This document shows positions 42,178-54,757 of a stretch of DNA of 64,000 nucleotides, one piece after another (position 1 is the stretch's first letter; each line of letters opens with the position of its first letter). The notes under the pieces are model-generated. The model was not told where the DNA came from and made no database searches. It was given only the letters and a program-made list of their open reading frames with translations. The position numbers were made by a program, and so were the translations under genes. The stretch is from Octopus sinensis (Eukaryota). The stretch spans positions 124,001 through 188,000 of the forward strand of contig NW_021836291.1 of the NCBI RefSeq assembly GCF_006345805.1, in the 5' to 3' direction.

Positions 42178-43033
42178 TATTTGAAAAGTTGTCATTTTGA
42201 GGTAAATTTTTTTAGCATATTTTAACCGTGGACGTGTTTTCTAGTAAGCAGCAGAACTTTACGTGGACGACATTTATGGAACTCTTTTATTCTTAAAGCA
42301 TTTGTACCAGTCTGTAAGCATACAAACGATCCTACTTTGCCCAAGTAAGTAGAGAGTTGTTAACGAGACAATTTCTGATTATTAAGTACTTTTCGTCTAT
42401 CTATGGAAATTAATCGAGATGATTTTTTTTCAGTTGTTTTAATCTTGGCGTATTTTTGGTATTTTTTAATAATTTCCATTTATTAAAAATGTTCCATACT
42501 GTACTTTTCGGAATATAAACATTTATGAGAAAACATTTTCTGAAACTTTTCGGATTGATTTTCCTTCATTATATTCAATAAGTATTTATGTCTTCTGAAT
42601 GTTCCTTTCGCATGTGCAAAATATTGATCGCAAATGATGTCAAGAATCGTTTAAATATACTAGTGATTCGAAATTAGTATAATTTAATGATCGATATGAA
42701 AATGAATCCAATTATTTTATCAAAAAATAAATAACCAACTGTTCAAAGACTAATTGGCACTTGATATTCCAGCTCTTGATGAAAAATTTTTCTATCTATT
42801 AAACTAATTTTTTAATGAAAACCAACCAATAATTACAAGTTAATTAATTAAAAGCTTCAAGTGCGGGAAGCCGACGCGATCGAGAAAGAATTAGAGCGTA
42901 CTATCGCAAGGGATATTTTTTAATGATTTATGATGTATATACATGTGCTGTGATCCCTCATCACATTTTGGTCACAATAAAGATTGGCTGATCCGTCAAC
43001 TGACTAAGAAAAAAAAAAAGTAACATACTACAA

Positions 43034-43144
43034 TTGAAAAACAACAACTATTCAGTTATTATGGGCTCGATGGATTGAAAGTATAGTCGAAAGTTGTACT
43101 CCGAAAGGCCTTTTTTGAAAAACAACAACTATTCAGTTATTATG
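43034..43144. repeat. 30-nt perfect direct repeat, 2 copies, 51-nt spacer
   Basis: TTGAAAAACAACAACTATTCAGTTATTATG at 43034-43063 and 43115-43144. Confidence 0.85.
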
Positions 43145-43447
43145 CACCACGCACGGTTGCAAATGTAACTACAGAGCTGTATTACAATAAACAAGCACAG
43201 TTCTACAAATTTGAATTATACATCACGTGGAAAAGGAAGGCTAAAGAAGACTGATTTTGATAACTAAGTCAAATAATTAAATCTAACTGATTCATTATTC
43301 CCATTATGGAATGTGCAAAAATATTGAAACACATATGTAGACAGTCACATGGACAAAGGCAAATATATTTACATGATAAGATTGAACTGCCTATTTATTT
43401 ACAATACTCTTATACCACTAGAAAATAACAAGAACAAATAATTTAAA

Positions 43448-45910
43448 TCACTTGGTTGGGAATAACTTGTTTGCTTCCTCCACGAAATTATTAGCAATAA
43501 GAATATCCCGAATTTTCCCTACACAGGCATCCCCCTCGTTGGTCTCCTTGGAGTAATAAACAGACCATACAATCCACTTGTAGAGAACTAACTCAGTCAC
43601 CTTCACTTTAGACATGCCCCCCTTCTTTAACATATCCGACAAATATTTGGCCACATCCTCCACGAATTTGAGTATTTCGATCAGTTTGGCTGCCTTGGGT
43701 GCCAACATGACTGCCGCCTTCTCCACCGTCGAACTCCGAATATAGGCGTCGTACTCCATCGACTGTTCTACACATTCCACTACTCCACCAACTCTGCTGA
43801 GGCACCTCACACTCCTCACTGATCACTGGGAGTTCCACAGCCTTCACTGCCGAAGGCTCATCGTTGGTGCTCATCTCCTTCATGTTCCTCACTATCGGCA
43901 ATATCTCCGTCTTAAACACATTCTATCATAAAATACGTGACAATACCTCCTCAGGAGATCCTCGCTGGCTTCCCGCTAATGAAAAAAAATTTCTAAGAAT
44001 GTCGACGTTGGACTTTGCTTTGGGCATTGTCTCACATGCATGCGTCTGCTGGTCCGCCATCAATCTGAACAGACACCACAATGTGGGAGTCTCCGTCGGA
44101 TTCCTGCCAGAACTGATATTCCGGCCTACCCGTCGTTCAGACTCTCCAATTCAGCTCGAATCAACTCAATGTTGTCTTGGCAGTACTTTTTGGCGTCGAC
44201 TATTACCTTTCTTTGACTTTACTACTCAAATCACACTTTTCCAGTTTTACGGAAGTGAACATATCCAACGGAAAACGGAGAGTATTTCCCGACTCAATAT
44301 TCTCACCATTTTTCTCCAATTTCTCCAAAACACTTCCAAAACTCTCAACTTGCGACATCCAATCACATTTTCTGCCACATTCAACTCACAATCAAACCTT
44401 TTTGACTCCGGGGGATCCTCATTTACAGTAAAATCAGGACATTTGTTATTCTTCCACGTATTCCACGACCTTTCATGTGACATTATGACCTTATAAACTA
44501 ACAAACAAATCATACATTCACAGCATTCGCAAAATCCTGGCCGTCCTGACCAGTTTGTCTGATCAAGGAGTAACATCGATCACAAGAACTTTCAATCCAC
44601 TCAGAATGTGGCTGTGGGGCAAAATTCTTCCTTCAAAAATAAACATAAAAATACGTTCCAGGACTCTTCTTGCGACACAGACGCAAATATTGGAAGAATA
44701 TTATAAATTGGACTAAAATATGTCTTCGGAAAATCACATCCGATATTTGTAGGGACATTAGCTGACATAGAAAAGGACTTTTACGTTTTCGGAAGTGAGG
44801 TATTTGACCACTTCCGACGTGAGGGTGTAGTGGACTGACTCCTCAAATAATTCGTTGGTGTCCTTCACGGCCTCGAAGGCGTCCAAAACATCGTCGGCAA
44901 TCTACGGTGATCCAATAGTCCCAACTCTGCGGAATCTATTCCATTCTTCCACATTCAAATCATTAATCAGACAGGATGAGGAAAAATATTTTTGAAGCGT
45001 CCAAAAATTCTGACAAAACTGAGAATTTATAAATTGGAGTCCCCTTTAGAGTAAAAAAACAAGGAAGAAAACACATTTTGGCATAATCCAACATTTCCCC
45101 ATCCTCCATTGACCCCACCTCATCATACAATCCATCATTCTACCATTTTTCACCCCAAAACTAACAAACCTGTAGAAGATTGACATCATTGACCACTGTA
45201 GAGATAGAAGTCTGTGGAATGTTGTAGAAATGACCCATCAAATTCACTCCTGACAGGTTAAGGACAGAGAACAACCAGATCTGTCACAAAGTGGCAAAAG
45301 TCTGGCCAAAAAAATTTGAATTCGAGCACAAAGTTCAGCATGGCAAACACGTGAAAGTCGACGGAGAAAATCTGGTGGTAAAAACACGGAAATACCGTTA
45401 CAAATAGGCTGGAGGGATTTTTGTGTGCTTAAAAACATTGGCTAATATATTTGGAATAAAAATGACTCACCGATTTCCAAATTTGGATATTTTTCTCAAG
45501 AAATGTGAAAATAACTTCACATCGGTCGATTGTGTGGCATTCGAGGACATCTCCGGAGAGTTTTAAAGGCAGAGCCGTCGAGCTGAGACCTCGTTCTGCC
45601 ACAACTAGACTTTTGTCCAGAATTTCGGTCAGTTTTGAGTCTTGGACGGAATTCTCTGACTATTCTGAGTAGTTTATTGTTTTTTTACCATGAGAGTTCC
45701 GAGAATGTTTATAAATGCTGTGTCCAGTACTACTTTTGTGTCCTTTACTCTTAAAATTAGTGATTTGAAAATACGATTGGTGGGGAATGTATGATGAGAG
45801 CACGAATTGTGAGGATAGTTGTTCTATTGAACAATTTGTAATAAAATTCTAATATTTTTATTATAAATAAAATTTACTTCTAGTTGTTTCAGAACATTGT
45901 GGATATCCAT
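43448..45910 (-). CDS. THOC1: THO complex subunit 1 (Hpr1)
   Basis: DVLECHTIDRCEVIFTFLEKN, CN|DFLRRLSR..LCARIQIFLARLLPLCDRS|GVNL, FW..QKYFS, ERSWNTWKNNKCPDF. Confidence 0.88.
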
Positions 45911-46039
45911 TAGACACACAACGAACCAAATGATTTAAACATGGCAATTTATTTAAATTATTATAAAATCTTATCACCTGAATTTATATTTAAAAAATGA
46001 ATTTTAATAAAATAACAACTGAAAAACGAAAACACATAA

Positions 46040-46708
46040 TTATTTAGACTTGACTGCCGCAAGCAATTTTGACTTGCTGGCACCTCGGAGACGTCCAGTC
46101 CTCCTCGCAGCAATAAGTCCAACTTTCCGTCCAGGAGGAGCATTACGACTAGTCGTGGAGGCCTTCCCAATATGCTGATGATTCCCACCACCAAACGGAT
46201 GTTCCGTAGGCTACAAATAACCACCATTTTCTCACATTCATAGCCACTCCTCTCACACGGGGCCAACACTTGCGTTTTTTCTTGTACTTCCAGCAAGCCC
46301 TCCCTGCCTTCAACAAAGGCTTTTCCAAACGTCCCCCGCCGGTCACAACTCCCACCACAGCTCGGTTTGTTGACGGAAATGTCTTTTTATGCCTGACGGT
46401 AATTTTATTCGAGTAGTCCGGGCCTCGACGTTGTGGGAAATGACTGTGCTGTACCCTCCCGATGCACGAGACAATTTTCCTCGATCTCCACACTTTTCCT
46501 CCAATGAACTAATAATAGTCCCCTCAGACATGGATCTTACTGGGAGGACATTCCCGATTGACAGAGAGGCTAAGTGGGGTCAGCCCAACTAGTCAACCCT
46601 TCACTCCGCAGTAAATGTGCTGGCCTGTGTAGAGGCCTTCTACTGCTGAGAAATGGTGAGATAGTCGACGGTATTTTTTTAGGTCTCTGAATTCGACTTT
46701 GGCAACAT
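46040..46708 (-). CDS. RPL8: 60S ribosomal protein L8 (uL2) lacking its N-terminal ~57 aa; 2 frameshifts (possible pseudogene)
   Basis: [41 protein letters not shown]|[28 protein letters not shown]; two introns retained. Confidence 0.85.
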
Positions 46709-46834
46709 GTTTTTGAATTTTTTAATAAAATTTTGATTCATGATCGAAAATTACAAATTTGTTAATTAATCAATAAAACATGTTATTTTCTGCAAGTTAT
46801 TATATCGTTCTGAAATATCTTTAAAAACGAGAAA

Positions 46835-47280
46835 ATGGAATCGCAGCGTATTTTTCCTGTAAATTTAGAACTCATCGGGCCAACATATCTCAATACCGAA
46901 GATGAGAAATTTATCACCTTAACAGGCCATATATGTTTATTCGCCAATTTATATCTTCCATTCTACCACAAAGAGCACGAAGAGTTAATTTCCCAAGTAA
47001 GCAACAATTTAATCCCAGTGCATCAATGAGCCTCAGGAAGCAGGAGATGTGACCATAAGCAATGGAGAATTGGAGTCCTCAGTCGAATTCCGTAGAAATG
47101 GGTATATTTCATTAAAATTGCACAATGATTTGACAAGGATTGAGGTTAGACATGATAACAATGTCAGCTTGCGGATATACTCTGTACAAATGACTTTCGC
47201 CTGATTTGTTCCAGTGTTTTAAGTGAATCCATAATTGTCGAAAAATGGAATAAAATTCTCAAACCAAGATCGCCTGAATA
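46835..47280 (+). CDS. Hypothetical intron-containing orphan gene
   Basis: AAAATG start, GT-AG intron-sized segments that extend the ORF; 3' structure uncertain; no family recognised. Confidence 0.35.
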
Positions 47281-47999
47281 AAACTGATTAATTCAAACAT
47301 TCTAACCTTACATTTTTATAATATCCATTACAACAAATACTGTCTCACAAAATTTTATAAGCCAAATTGAAAGCCTACGAGGAAATTAATTCTATTTTTT
47401 GATTTAAAGAAAATTAATGTCAAAAAGAAAGTTAATGGAAAAGAGAAAAATTATTGACTTCTCAGCGCTCAGGAGGCACTTAATGCCTACCCAAAAAGAA
47501 CTTCTAGAACTCTGACCCTGGGACATCGTCGTCTCAGTCCGTTCATTGTGGGCAGGATCGAGCCTTTCAGAAGGATCTCCCTCGCATGAATCGGGGGATC
47601 ACGGGGGATTATAATTAACTGGCTTACCCTGGTCCTTTGGTCAATAAAAAAGTGTTAAAAAAAGATCGAGTGTTTCGCACCATCAAGACTCATAGGCTTT
47701 AGAATAGAACGAAAGTTTGCTGAATTATTCTGGCAGAATGCTTGGAAAATCTACCCGGATTTAGTTTGCATGATAAAATAATGTCTCTCATCCGCCAAAA
47801 AAGATTTTAAAAAAATTCAAAAAACAAACAAAAAACATGATTTTTTAATTTTCAAATTCCCAAAAACACTTTTTGTATGACTTTATAAAAATAATAAAGA
47901 GAATCAGTAATTAAATCTAAATTTTAGAGGACACTACTAATCACGACCGAGTCCTATTCCCTCAACAGAAATTAAAAACAATTATTAAATGGACAAAAA

Positions 48000-49961
48000 T
48001 TATCTACGATATCGGTCCTTTCGCAGATTAAACCAGAGCTGAAATATATCATTCTGAAACTGACAACGATATCCATATTTCCACGACAATTCCCAGTCCT
48101 TATCCACAATCTTAAAGGCAATGTCCTACAAATAAGCCCACACGCCACCTCATAGGGAGGCCCCCCGGAAAACCTGAGAATATAAAAGTCACCGTCATCA
48201 CACGTTTTCTAAACTACACCAAACAACCCACCAATGAGAATGAGGGAGTCCTGTTCTTGTCAATCAAATCAGGATAGTATATCTACACACTAAAACAACA
48301 CAAATACATTAAATTTATATCCCTGAACTGTCTTGGGCGGGGGGTTCTCAGGGTCGTAGTGTGTCTGGTTGTACCGATTCCATTCAAACCCCATCAGCAT
48401 TCTGTTGAAAAAACGTGGTTTCCTCGGTCTGTATTTGTCCATCCACACCACATCCTGCTTCCCCAAGTCCACCTGAGTATCCAACACACATTCCTCGCTG
48501 TTCATTCCCTCTCGGGCTATCAAATCGAATTCCTGCTCTCTGTCCAGCTAGGAAATGCCTCTCATTTCAAAACCGTCATTTGTGCTATTTTCTGAACTTG
48601 AAGACGGGCTCCTGACAGTTTAATGGCATCCTCGTCCTCGTCCACCATGTTCAGAGGGTTCTCTTGGTCGAATCCAATCAGAATTGGGGAATACGACCCA
48701 TTTTCATACTCCTGTCTTGCAGTGGCCAAATGATCAGACTCTGCCTCACTCTCCTCTGACTCGACGACTTTATCCTCAATATCATATTCGGGGTCATTCT
48801 CTGTCATTTCCTTGTGCTTCTCGTCCAACGATGCCGCGGCAATGGCAACCTTCAGTCTCTTGGACAAAATCTCCCAAAAACCAATATCGACACCCTCTCC
48901 TCCCTTCAACTTGTCATTTACAAGTCTGTCAATATTTCTAAGCTCATCTGCCCCCTTTCCGTCGATTACTGTCCTCACTCTCTGTATTATGTCCTCTCCC
49001 ACTGCCCCCTCCATTCTATACCGACTCTCCTCTAAGGGTTACCCTCTCACTACAACCATCAGTCAGTCGTTTCTGATTGTCAGTTTGTCTATCTTTTATT
49101 AATACGATCATATCTTCCCAGAAATCAGCATTACTGCCCTTTTCGAGTGTCTTAACCACCCCAATGTCATATAACAGATCATCCAGACTCTCAATAGGGA
49201 GATTCTAGCCCTCAATAAACCTCTCTACAGAAATATAGTTATATGGATGTTCCAGTTTGACTGCTGACTTGACTCCACTGGCACACACAATGTAATTCCA
49301 CAACAAGTCAATGGGCATTGCCCGACCATTCTCCAGTCTTATTTTCATTCTGAGAGTTGCCTGTTGGAGTTGGAACTGGACATGGCTATGACTATAAATA
49401 CTTGTTCGTCACTGTTCTCCCACTCTGCGTGGTAGGCGGAATCCTTTTCTCTTTGAATCATCTCCTATTTCTTATTATTATGGACCATTCTTACCCAGGT
49501 GGTTGTCCGCTCTGTGTATTGTCGGTTTCGGAGTGCACGGGCCATTTTTAGTTCTTCTAGTTCTTTCTAGAATGTTCTAGAAGGATTTGTAGTACAGCCA
49601 TTAGTGCCATTTTCTCGGATTGTTCTTTTTCGAGTTGTTTGCGAGATAAGTGCAGTTTTCCTTCTTTTTCGAGTTTTTTGTGCCATATAAAATGGTGTCC
49701 TAGTTTATTGGGAATGTTAGACTTGTAAATTAGAATAGATAGTCCTACGTTGTTGATTAGGTGGTGTTTCCGTTCTTTAAATTCTTTTTTTGCTAAACGA
49801 CGGGCTTGTTTCTGTTGAGGGGTCTCGTTTGCTTTTATTTTGTTTTTGTGTTTTCTATGTTTTTAATTTATATGTTTTTAAAACCTCCAAGCTTTTTTGA
49901 GCATTTTTTTTGTTACATCTATATCATGTGAATATTCATCCGATCCAACTGATGACACCAT
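48000..49961 (-). CDS. CACTIN: Splicing factor cactin
   Basis: ETPQQKQARRLAKKE, W.DKYRPRKPRFFNR..GFEWNRYNQTHYD..NPPPKTVQGYKFN, C-terminal RYRR*. Confidence 0.95.
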
Positions 49962-50054
49962 AACGAATATAATTATAATTTATGTCTAATTTGAAAATTT
50001 TACTAATTAAAATCATTTAAATATTAAATTATATTATAATTGCTTTCATTTTAA

Positions 50055-51363
50055 ATGCATGTGGTATTCTTTATTGTCATCATTTTTTATAGGAAGAAAA
50101 TGATACTACTGAAGAGGGAGAACTATACTACGAAGAAGGTATGTCCGATAAAATTAAATAAAGGACTGAGGAAGGTCCGGCCATACTATTACACCCACAA
50201 AACAATTGCCAAGTTCAGGTGGATAGCTCAAAATATAACCGAGCTCTACAAAACAGAGTTTCAATACACTCATTCACAAATTGTATTTTTAATTTGCTTG
50301 AAAAGAACAGGAAAAAATGATTTCTTTAGGACTTTTACGTGTGAATGGCCAAATAGTAAATCCAGATTATATAATCAAAAAAGGAGACTATATAACAAAC
50401 AAAATCCATCGGTTTTTATTTTTTGGAAATATCAAAGACACGAACCCCCAACAGTTGCTCAAAAAGTTGAGATTGTGGAAGAAAATAAAGATTTTGTGGT
50501 CTGTAATAAGCCGGGATCAATCCCTATACATCCATGCGGGTTGTATCATTCAAATTCACTTATGCATATTTTGGAAGTAGAAAATGGATTTTTGGGCTTA
50601 AAAAGTACAAAAAATATTTATAATTTCCCAATGATATCCACAGGATTGATCGAGTTACTTCTGGGCTTGTTGTTTTGGCTAAAAATCCACAAACGACCAA
50701 AAAATTAAATAAAATATTTCAAAAAAGACAAATCCGCAAGGAATATTTGTGCATGGTTCGCGGAAAGTTTCCAGAGTTTATTTTTCCGTTTATTTTTCAT
50801 AGCGGTTTAATTAAGTGTGCTGAGAATATTTTCTGTTTTAGTCCTGCCACTGGACTTTGCTGTGTGGACAGGACTTTGGGCAAAGCGGCTTGCACTGTTT
50901 TTGAGTTTTTGTGGTACCACAAAGAGCATTCGATCGTGAAATGTGATTATGTCATTGTAGAACATTTAGGCACACCCAAAACTGGGAGGTCCCACCAAAT
51001 ACGAGTTCATTTACAATTTTTGGGGTTTCCAATTGTTAATGACTGGATTTATGGGAATGTTGCTGTTTTTGGAGAGAATTTGGGGGTTTCTGGTGTTTTT
51101 GACAAGGAAATTGTTGTAGAGGGTGATTTACAGTCTAGGTGGTCGAGAACTTTAAAAGAATGCAAAAATCGCTGGCAACTTTTGGTTCTGGGGGTCTTCT
51201 GTCAGTTTGTACGGAATGTTCTAGTCCATTGATGAACGAATTGTCCCCTTCGATATATTTGCATGCCTGGAAATACACTGTTTTGAATGTTGTGCTTAAT
51301 TTTGTGTAGTTTTTGGGGAATGAGTATATCTCTCCTATTCCTGATTGGGCTTCCAATATCTAA
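50055..51363 (+). CDS. RPUSD2: RluA-family pseudouridine synthase
   Basis: LRKVRPYY, HR|HEPP, NKPGSIPIHPCG, HRIDRVTSG, TGRSHQIRVHLQFLGFPIVND, IYLHAWKY. Confidence 0.9.
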
Positions 51364-53257
51364 TTATTTTTGTATTTGTACTTAAAATGTTCGAATTTAA
51401 TTTTTGGTTTTTCTGAGAATTCAAAGAATAAGTTATCTACGACTTAAAAAATATTCAACCCTAATAAAACCTGTCATTTATTTGAAATTGATAAATAAGA
51501 AAATTGGCATTGATATATGTTTGTGTTTAACAATTTACTACACTCAGTTCGTTTTACATTTCATAATTTATTAAAAGTAAGCAATCGGAGTAGGGTTATC
51601 TTGTTCTGAGCATCGCTGTTGACTGTAGAATAACTCATGAAACCGAAAAAGTTTAAATAATTAACAGATAACTAGTATGAGTCATACTATTAAATAATTT
51701 GACCAAAAATTTCTTGAAAATGGTTATAATATTTGAAGTGTTCAATTTTTATGCGGAAAAGTTCAATAATCTTACTAAAAATTATTTGTTTAAGTTCGTC
51801 TAAAGTTGTTTTTCTTCTACTACATTTGAACAACTTGTCTCGACAGTCGAAGAATACCCACGTGGATGTCGATTTCATTAGTAGTCTAAATCAGTTCAGA
51901 GACGGGCAAAGATCATACTATTTGGATAGTCATACTATTAAATGTTGGTACACCATATACATTGAAGTTAGCTTTCAGAAGGAGTGTTGACACACTATTG
52001 ATTGAGTCAGTGAAAAATTCGGTGAATTGCTTCAATAATTTAATTGAAAAGCAGAAGAGAAGCTTTTTTACTTTAAGTACAATCATTAGGGTACGCTTAA
52101 AACTGCAAAGAGGCAAACTGGCAGAACAAAACCAATGTCTAATCATCTAGTAATCTTTTTGTTTGTTTTAAATTTTAGTCTACGATAGATTTTCGCTGTT
52201 TTCTCCACCTCACAAGGCAATGATCCTAAGCTGGGGTTTGATTTTCATTCTTGTTGACATACCTCATCAAATCTAAGCTGAGAATATGAATTGAACACAT
52301 AAATTAGATTTGTAGAAATAATCTTGTTACATATTTTTCGTTATTTTTTGATTTTATCAACCAAGTTGAAATAGCTCAGCCTGCTTATAGATCTGTGGTC
52401 CTTTTGGGTCTACGCATTCCTTGCCAGATATGCCCTCCAGGAAACTCACCACGGCTGCAAAATCGATGGAAAGTCTCAAAATTTTACTTTTCTAGGATCG
52501 AGGTTAAGTATGGTCAAACTATGAAAGAACCAACTACTTCTGGTTGGAAAGGAGACTATCCAAATGTATGGACTGACCAAAGTGGACCAACAACTGCAGC
52601 TCAGTCTACAATGCACTATTCTACTCACAAAACTGTTGGAATAATTAATATTTGGTAAAGAAAAAATTGACCGTCTGTTGCCTAACGTCTGACAGGAGGG
52701 AGGTGTAACTTGATTATTCAGAGGGGGGTTAAGGACAGCACACATTTTTAATAATAATAGTCCTTATAAAATTAGGCCAGAATTGGAAATTAAGAAACAG
52801 ATATTTCCTATTTTGTATTTATAAAAACAAAAAAAAGACGAAAATTATAACGATTATAAACCAACAAAATTCATTATTTTCTTTTGCGGAGATTTAAATA
52901 CGTTTTACAATAATCATTTAAAAATTCAAATTGAAGACATCGAATATGTTTAGGTTAACTCATTTTGTCATAACTGGCATTCGAGCATAAAATTGATGGA
53001 TCATCAGGATCATATTAAAAATAAAAAGGCTAATTTTATAACTGTTTGGCAAAATATTTGTATTATTTCTATCTAATCTATTTTTATCAATTCACAAAAA
53101 AAAGGTCACGGAGCTTCAGCGGATAGAATAGAAAAATCGGACAGCGTATATTCTCAATTTTAATAAATCATAATTCAATTACGTATATAATTTCCAATTT
53201 TTGTTGTTTTAAAGAATAAATCAATTTATTAGTAAATAAGATAATCTCATTAGTATG

Positions 53258-53739
53258 TCAAGTTGTTTCCTCGTTTTTTTCGATTGTCAACACATCCGGT
53301 TTAACGCTTTCCTCTGTTTTTACGACTACAACTTTGTCCTCATTTTTCTATTTTTATATATTTGAAACAACCTGATTTTTCTGTCTTCTCTGAAGACATT
53401 GGACAATAGTTTCATTAGCTGTATGCAAGCCACTTTCCAATTTTTCGACTGCTTTAGCACTTCTGCTTGTTCTTGTACTTACATGATTTCCAGGAATGCT
53501 TTTAGGAAGATCCCACGTGCCAATATACGTACTCCACGAAAATTTGGAATCTCTTTTATTGTCTTTGAGATGTCCTCGATTATCAGCTATGATTTCAGTA
53601 AATCCGTCGAACGTTTTTAGATTCTAAAAAAACATATTTGGAAAACGACTTTTCTTGAATTAACAGGAATTTCCCAATTTCCAAGTCTCTTTGGTCGGTA
53701 TGCATCTTCATATTGCGAAGCATTAAAAATAATCGACAT
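53258..53739 (-). CDS. CFAP126: Flattop / CFAP126 ciliary protein (2 introns; not in the ORF track)
   Basis: Spliced MSIIFNASQYEDAYRPKRLGNWEIP..GFTEIIADNRGHL..WSTYIGTWDLP, matching the Flattop pattern ANQYE..L.NW..G.TQIIANDRGHL..GTW.MP. Confidence 0.85.
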
Positions 53740-54302
53740 CCAACGTTTCTATGGATATTGTAGTAATAAATATATTGACAATATATTTTCTTTTTTATTG
53801 TCAAATCAAGTCGAGAAATGATTGTGAATGAATTTATTAATTCAATTGCATATTTCAGTTGCTAGAAAAATTTATTTTAAAAATTACGGGGTTTTTAAAA
53901 CGGGTTTACGGACTTGTTTAATTTCTATTATAATTCTAGTCTACGAAAGTATTTTGCTGTCGAACTGAACTTTAGGGAGAGTATTGGTCAATTATTCCTT
54001 AAATAAATCACATTTTATTGACTCGAATTTGTCTTAAAATGAATAAGTCTAATTTATATCAAAAATACAACAGAAACAAAATTCATTTACGAAAAAAAGA
54101 GCCATGTTTGCAAAATTCAGTTTTTAATGTCTTAAAAATCCGAATTAGTTAATTATTTAAGCATTAAGAACAGAGTTGAGATTCAAAATCTATAACTAAG
54201 CAAGAAATTCGAAAATTTAACATTTTTATCTAAATGAAATACTCTTTAATAATTTTTTTTCTAAATAGAAGTTAATTAATCAGATGGGTTATGTTTATGG
54301 TA

Positions 54303-54420
54303 GATATGTAGCCTGGCGGATTGCCAAACTGTTTCCCCGGATGATGGCAATCGAGAACCGTTGCATTAGCCAGTTTGCCTCCCGAGGATCATGGGTGCGC
54401 ATTGAGATTTTGGCGCTGCT
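54303..54420 (-). mobile_element. CRE-like RLE retroelement 3' tail
   Basis: HDPREANWLMQRFSIAIIRGN; ~32 nt identical to 2580-2611. Confidence 0.7.
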
Positions 54421-54757
54421 TTAATAATTGTAATTAAATTTTTATCGCTAGAAAAATAAAATATAAAGAATAAACATAATTGGTCTGAATGTAAAAAAAC
54501 TCCCATCAAATTCGCCAATTTGATTATATATCTTTGGCCAATAAAATGTTTATTGTTCTTGTATTTATTAATTTTTGAACAAAACCGATAAACTCTGATT
54601 TTGTAAAAAAATAATACAAAATACTGCCCATCAATTAATTTATTAACTTTCTTGTTTCTGTTGAAAAAAAAACAAAAAAAATACTGCCCTATTTGGATCC
54701 CTAAAATAATAAGTCTTGAAATAATGATGACAAAATATGAACATATAAAGTAATAGA

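Noticed and set aside
43034-43144. CRISPR-like repeat-spacer-repeat
   Set aside because: Only two repeats, no cas genes, eukaryotic context
43864-44496. 210-aa + strand ORF
   Set aside because: Antisense shadow of THOC1 with no motifs; the same applies to the ORFs opposite VPS53, cactin and eIF3c
16920-46390. Programmed frameshifting or RNA editing as a general system
   Set aside because: The shifts are scattered 1-nt indels, several in homopolymer runs, with no shared motif; assembly error is more parsimonious until reads are checked
51600-52750. Short ORFs as genes
   Set aside because: No splice-consistent model or recognisable family; probably TE debris
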